From Eledone cirrhosa (Eukaryota), in the NCBI GenBank assembly GCA_964016885.1, contig OZ024764.1, positions 24,552,001 through 24,616,000 on the forward strand: a stretch of DNA of 64,000 nucleotides, written 5' to 3'. How positions within the stretch are numbered: the stretch's first letter is position 1; every line of letters begins with the position of its first letter. Made by a program: the position numbers and the translations under genes. Positions 62,621-64,000 of this stretch are shown here, piece after piece. The notes below the pieces were generated by a model, which did no database searches, was not told the DNA's origin, and saw nothing but the letters and a program-made list of their open reading frames with translations.

Positions 62621-62960
62621 ATGGCTTAGTGGTTAGAGCATTGGCCTTGCAATCGAAAGGTTGTGAGTTCAATTCTCAGACCGGGTGATGTGTTGAGTCC
62701 TTGAGCAAGACACTTTATTTCACGTTGCTCCAGTTTACTCAGCTGTAGAAATGAGATGATAGGGACTGGGGTCCCTATCATTCCACTGCAAAGTGGTCGT
62801 GGAGGTGCCACGCAAAAAAAGCACCCAGCACCCACTGTAAATTAGGTTGGTGTTAGGAAGGGCATCCAGCTGTAGAAATCAAGCCAGAATCAGTTCCCGT
62901 CCCACCCTTGCAAGCAGGGTAAAGCGGACGTAAAATGAAATGAAAAAAATGAAAAATGAT
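62621..62960 (+). mobile_element. tRNA-derived CORE-like SINE
   Basis: Near-identical to 54773-55115. Confidence 0.85.
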
Positions 62961-63009
62961 ATATATACAATATATTAATACATAGAAACTATATTTATAA
63001 AACCATAAT

Positions 63010-63073
63010 TATTTTATTATATATATTTCAAGGGCAACCAAGGCAACTTGGTGCGCTTTCATCAGATAAAATA
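63010..63073 (-). ncRNA. Minimal hammerhead motif (ATATATAT family) in a fold-back element (about 62968-63257)
   Basis: TATTTTAT-CTGATGA-AAGCGCACCAAG...CTTGGTTGCCCTT-GAAA-TATATA-TA-ATAAAATA; inverted + copy at 63154-63215 is 3 nt shorter around stem III. Confidence 0.7.
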
Positions 63074-63473
63074 CAAAATTTGTTTTATAAATAGTGACAT
63101 AACCATGGAAAACCACCTTGACGGTTATGTCACTATTTATAAAACCGATTTTGTATTTTATCTGATGAAAGCGCACCAAGATTGCCTTGGTTGCCCTTGA
63201 AATATATATAAAATAATTATGGTTTTATAAATATAGTTTCCATTTATTAATATATTGAATATTTACTCCACTATTCAGTTGAGTGCTCTATATCAGTTAT
63301 AAACTTTTAAGTTTGTTGGAATCCCAACAAATTAAATATAACTTCTGCATATATATATATATATATATATATATAGATACACACACACACATATATATAA
63401 ATATATATGCGTATATATATTTTCCAATCTAACCCCAGCCGTCCAACCGTCACTTTTTCTAATTTCTCGTTCA

Positions 63474-63511
63474 GTCTTCTGATGAAGGACTAGTGTCCGA
63501 AACGTTAAGAC
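63474..63511 (+). ncRNA. Minimal hammerhead motif (ACGT family)
   Basis: GTCTT-CTGATGA-A-GGAC(TAGT)GTCC-GAAA-CG-TT-AAGAC; loopless palindromic stem III. Confidence 0.7.
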
Positions 63512-63599
63512 CCTCTTCCTGCTATTTTAAGCGTTAACCTAATATATCCCTTCCATATACTGTACTGATTGTGTTGCTATTTCTGTTTACCTTTTACAT

Positions 63600-64000
63600 A
63601 TCATCATCATCATCACCGTTTTACGTCCGTTCTTCCACGCTAGCATGGGTTAGACGGGTTGTCCTGCTGTGGGCAGTGTCTGGTCGGCTGACCATGCCTT
63701 GCTCATACAGGAACTGATTTGGCTTGATTTCTACAGCTAGATGCCCTTCCTAACACCAACCTCATTTACAGTGAGTGCTGGGTGCTTTTCCGTGGCGCCT
63801 ACACGTCCACTTTACAGTGTGGGCTGGGTGCTTTTTTTGCCGTGGCACCTCCACGACCACCTTGCGGTGGGGGGTGTGGGGGCATATTGTCTATATGCTT
63901 CAGCTTGTACCCATGGGAGGTCGGGTACTCTGTATTACTGCGTGACGCCAGAGGTCACGGTCGTGTGTCATTGCCTTTGAGAGGTGTAATTGGGTAAGAT
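63600..64000 (-). mobile_element. RTE 3' end with two copies of the 48-bp-like module
   Basis: Reverse complement of the family at about 51790-52160. Confidence 0.8.

Overview
Eukaryotic, repeat-dominated animal DNA. The SINE/MITE/RTE repertoire and the (TA)n/(CA)n load resemble octopus (cephalopod) genomes; this is recognition only and is unverified. The only host gene I can support is a + strand WD40-repeat gene: three small exons (16041-16125, 34328-34472, 35088-35277) with matching splice phases, separated by introns inflated by large minisatellite arrays. Mobile DNA includes a Helitron with both ends (1768-5647, degraded Rep/helicase), an L1/Tx1-type LINE with an intact ORF1 and an internally deleted ORF2 nested in a TTAA-type MITE, RTE LINE fragments, tRNA-derived SINEs and a hAT-like MITE. 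Two patterns stand out. (1) About ten type-I hammerhead ribozyme motifs of about six sequence families, most with minimal palindromic stem III (ATGCGCAT, ATATATAT, ACTAGT, ACGT, ACCGGT), sit mainly in short non-coding fold-back elements embedded in (TA)n tracts. (2) The two biggest satellites visibly derive from SINE-type repeats: a 12.5-kb 45-mer array built from the Pol III A-box head of a local tRNA-SINE, and a 7.6-kb 48-mer array with higher-order structure built from an internal module of another dispersed repeat. The giant ORFs in the ORF track are repeat artefacts.
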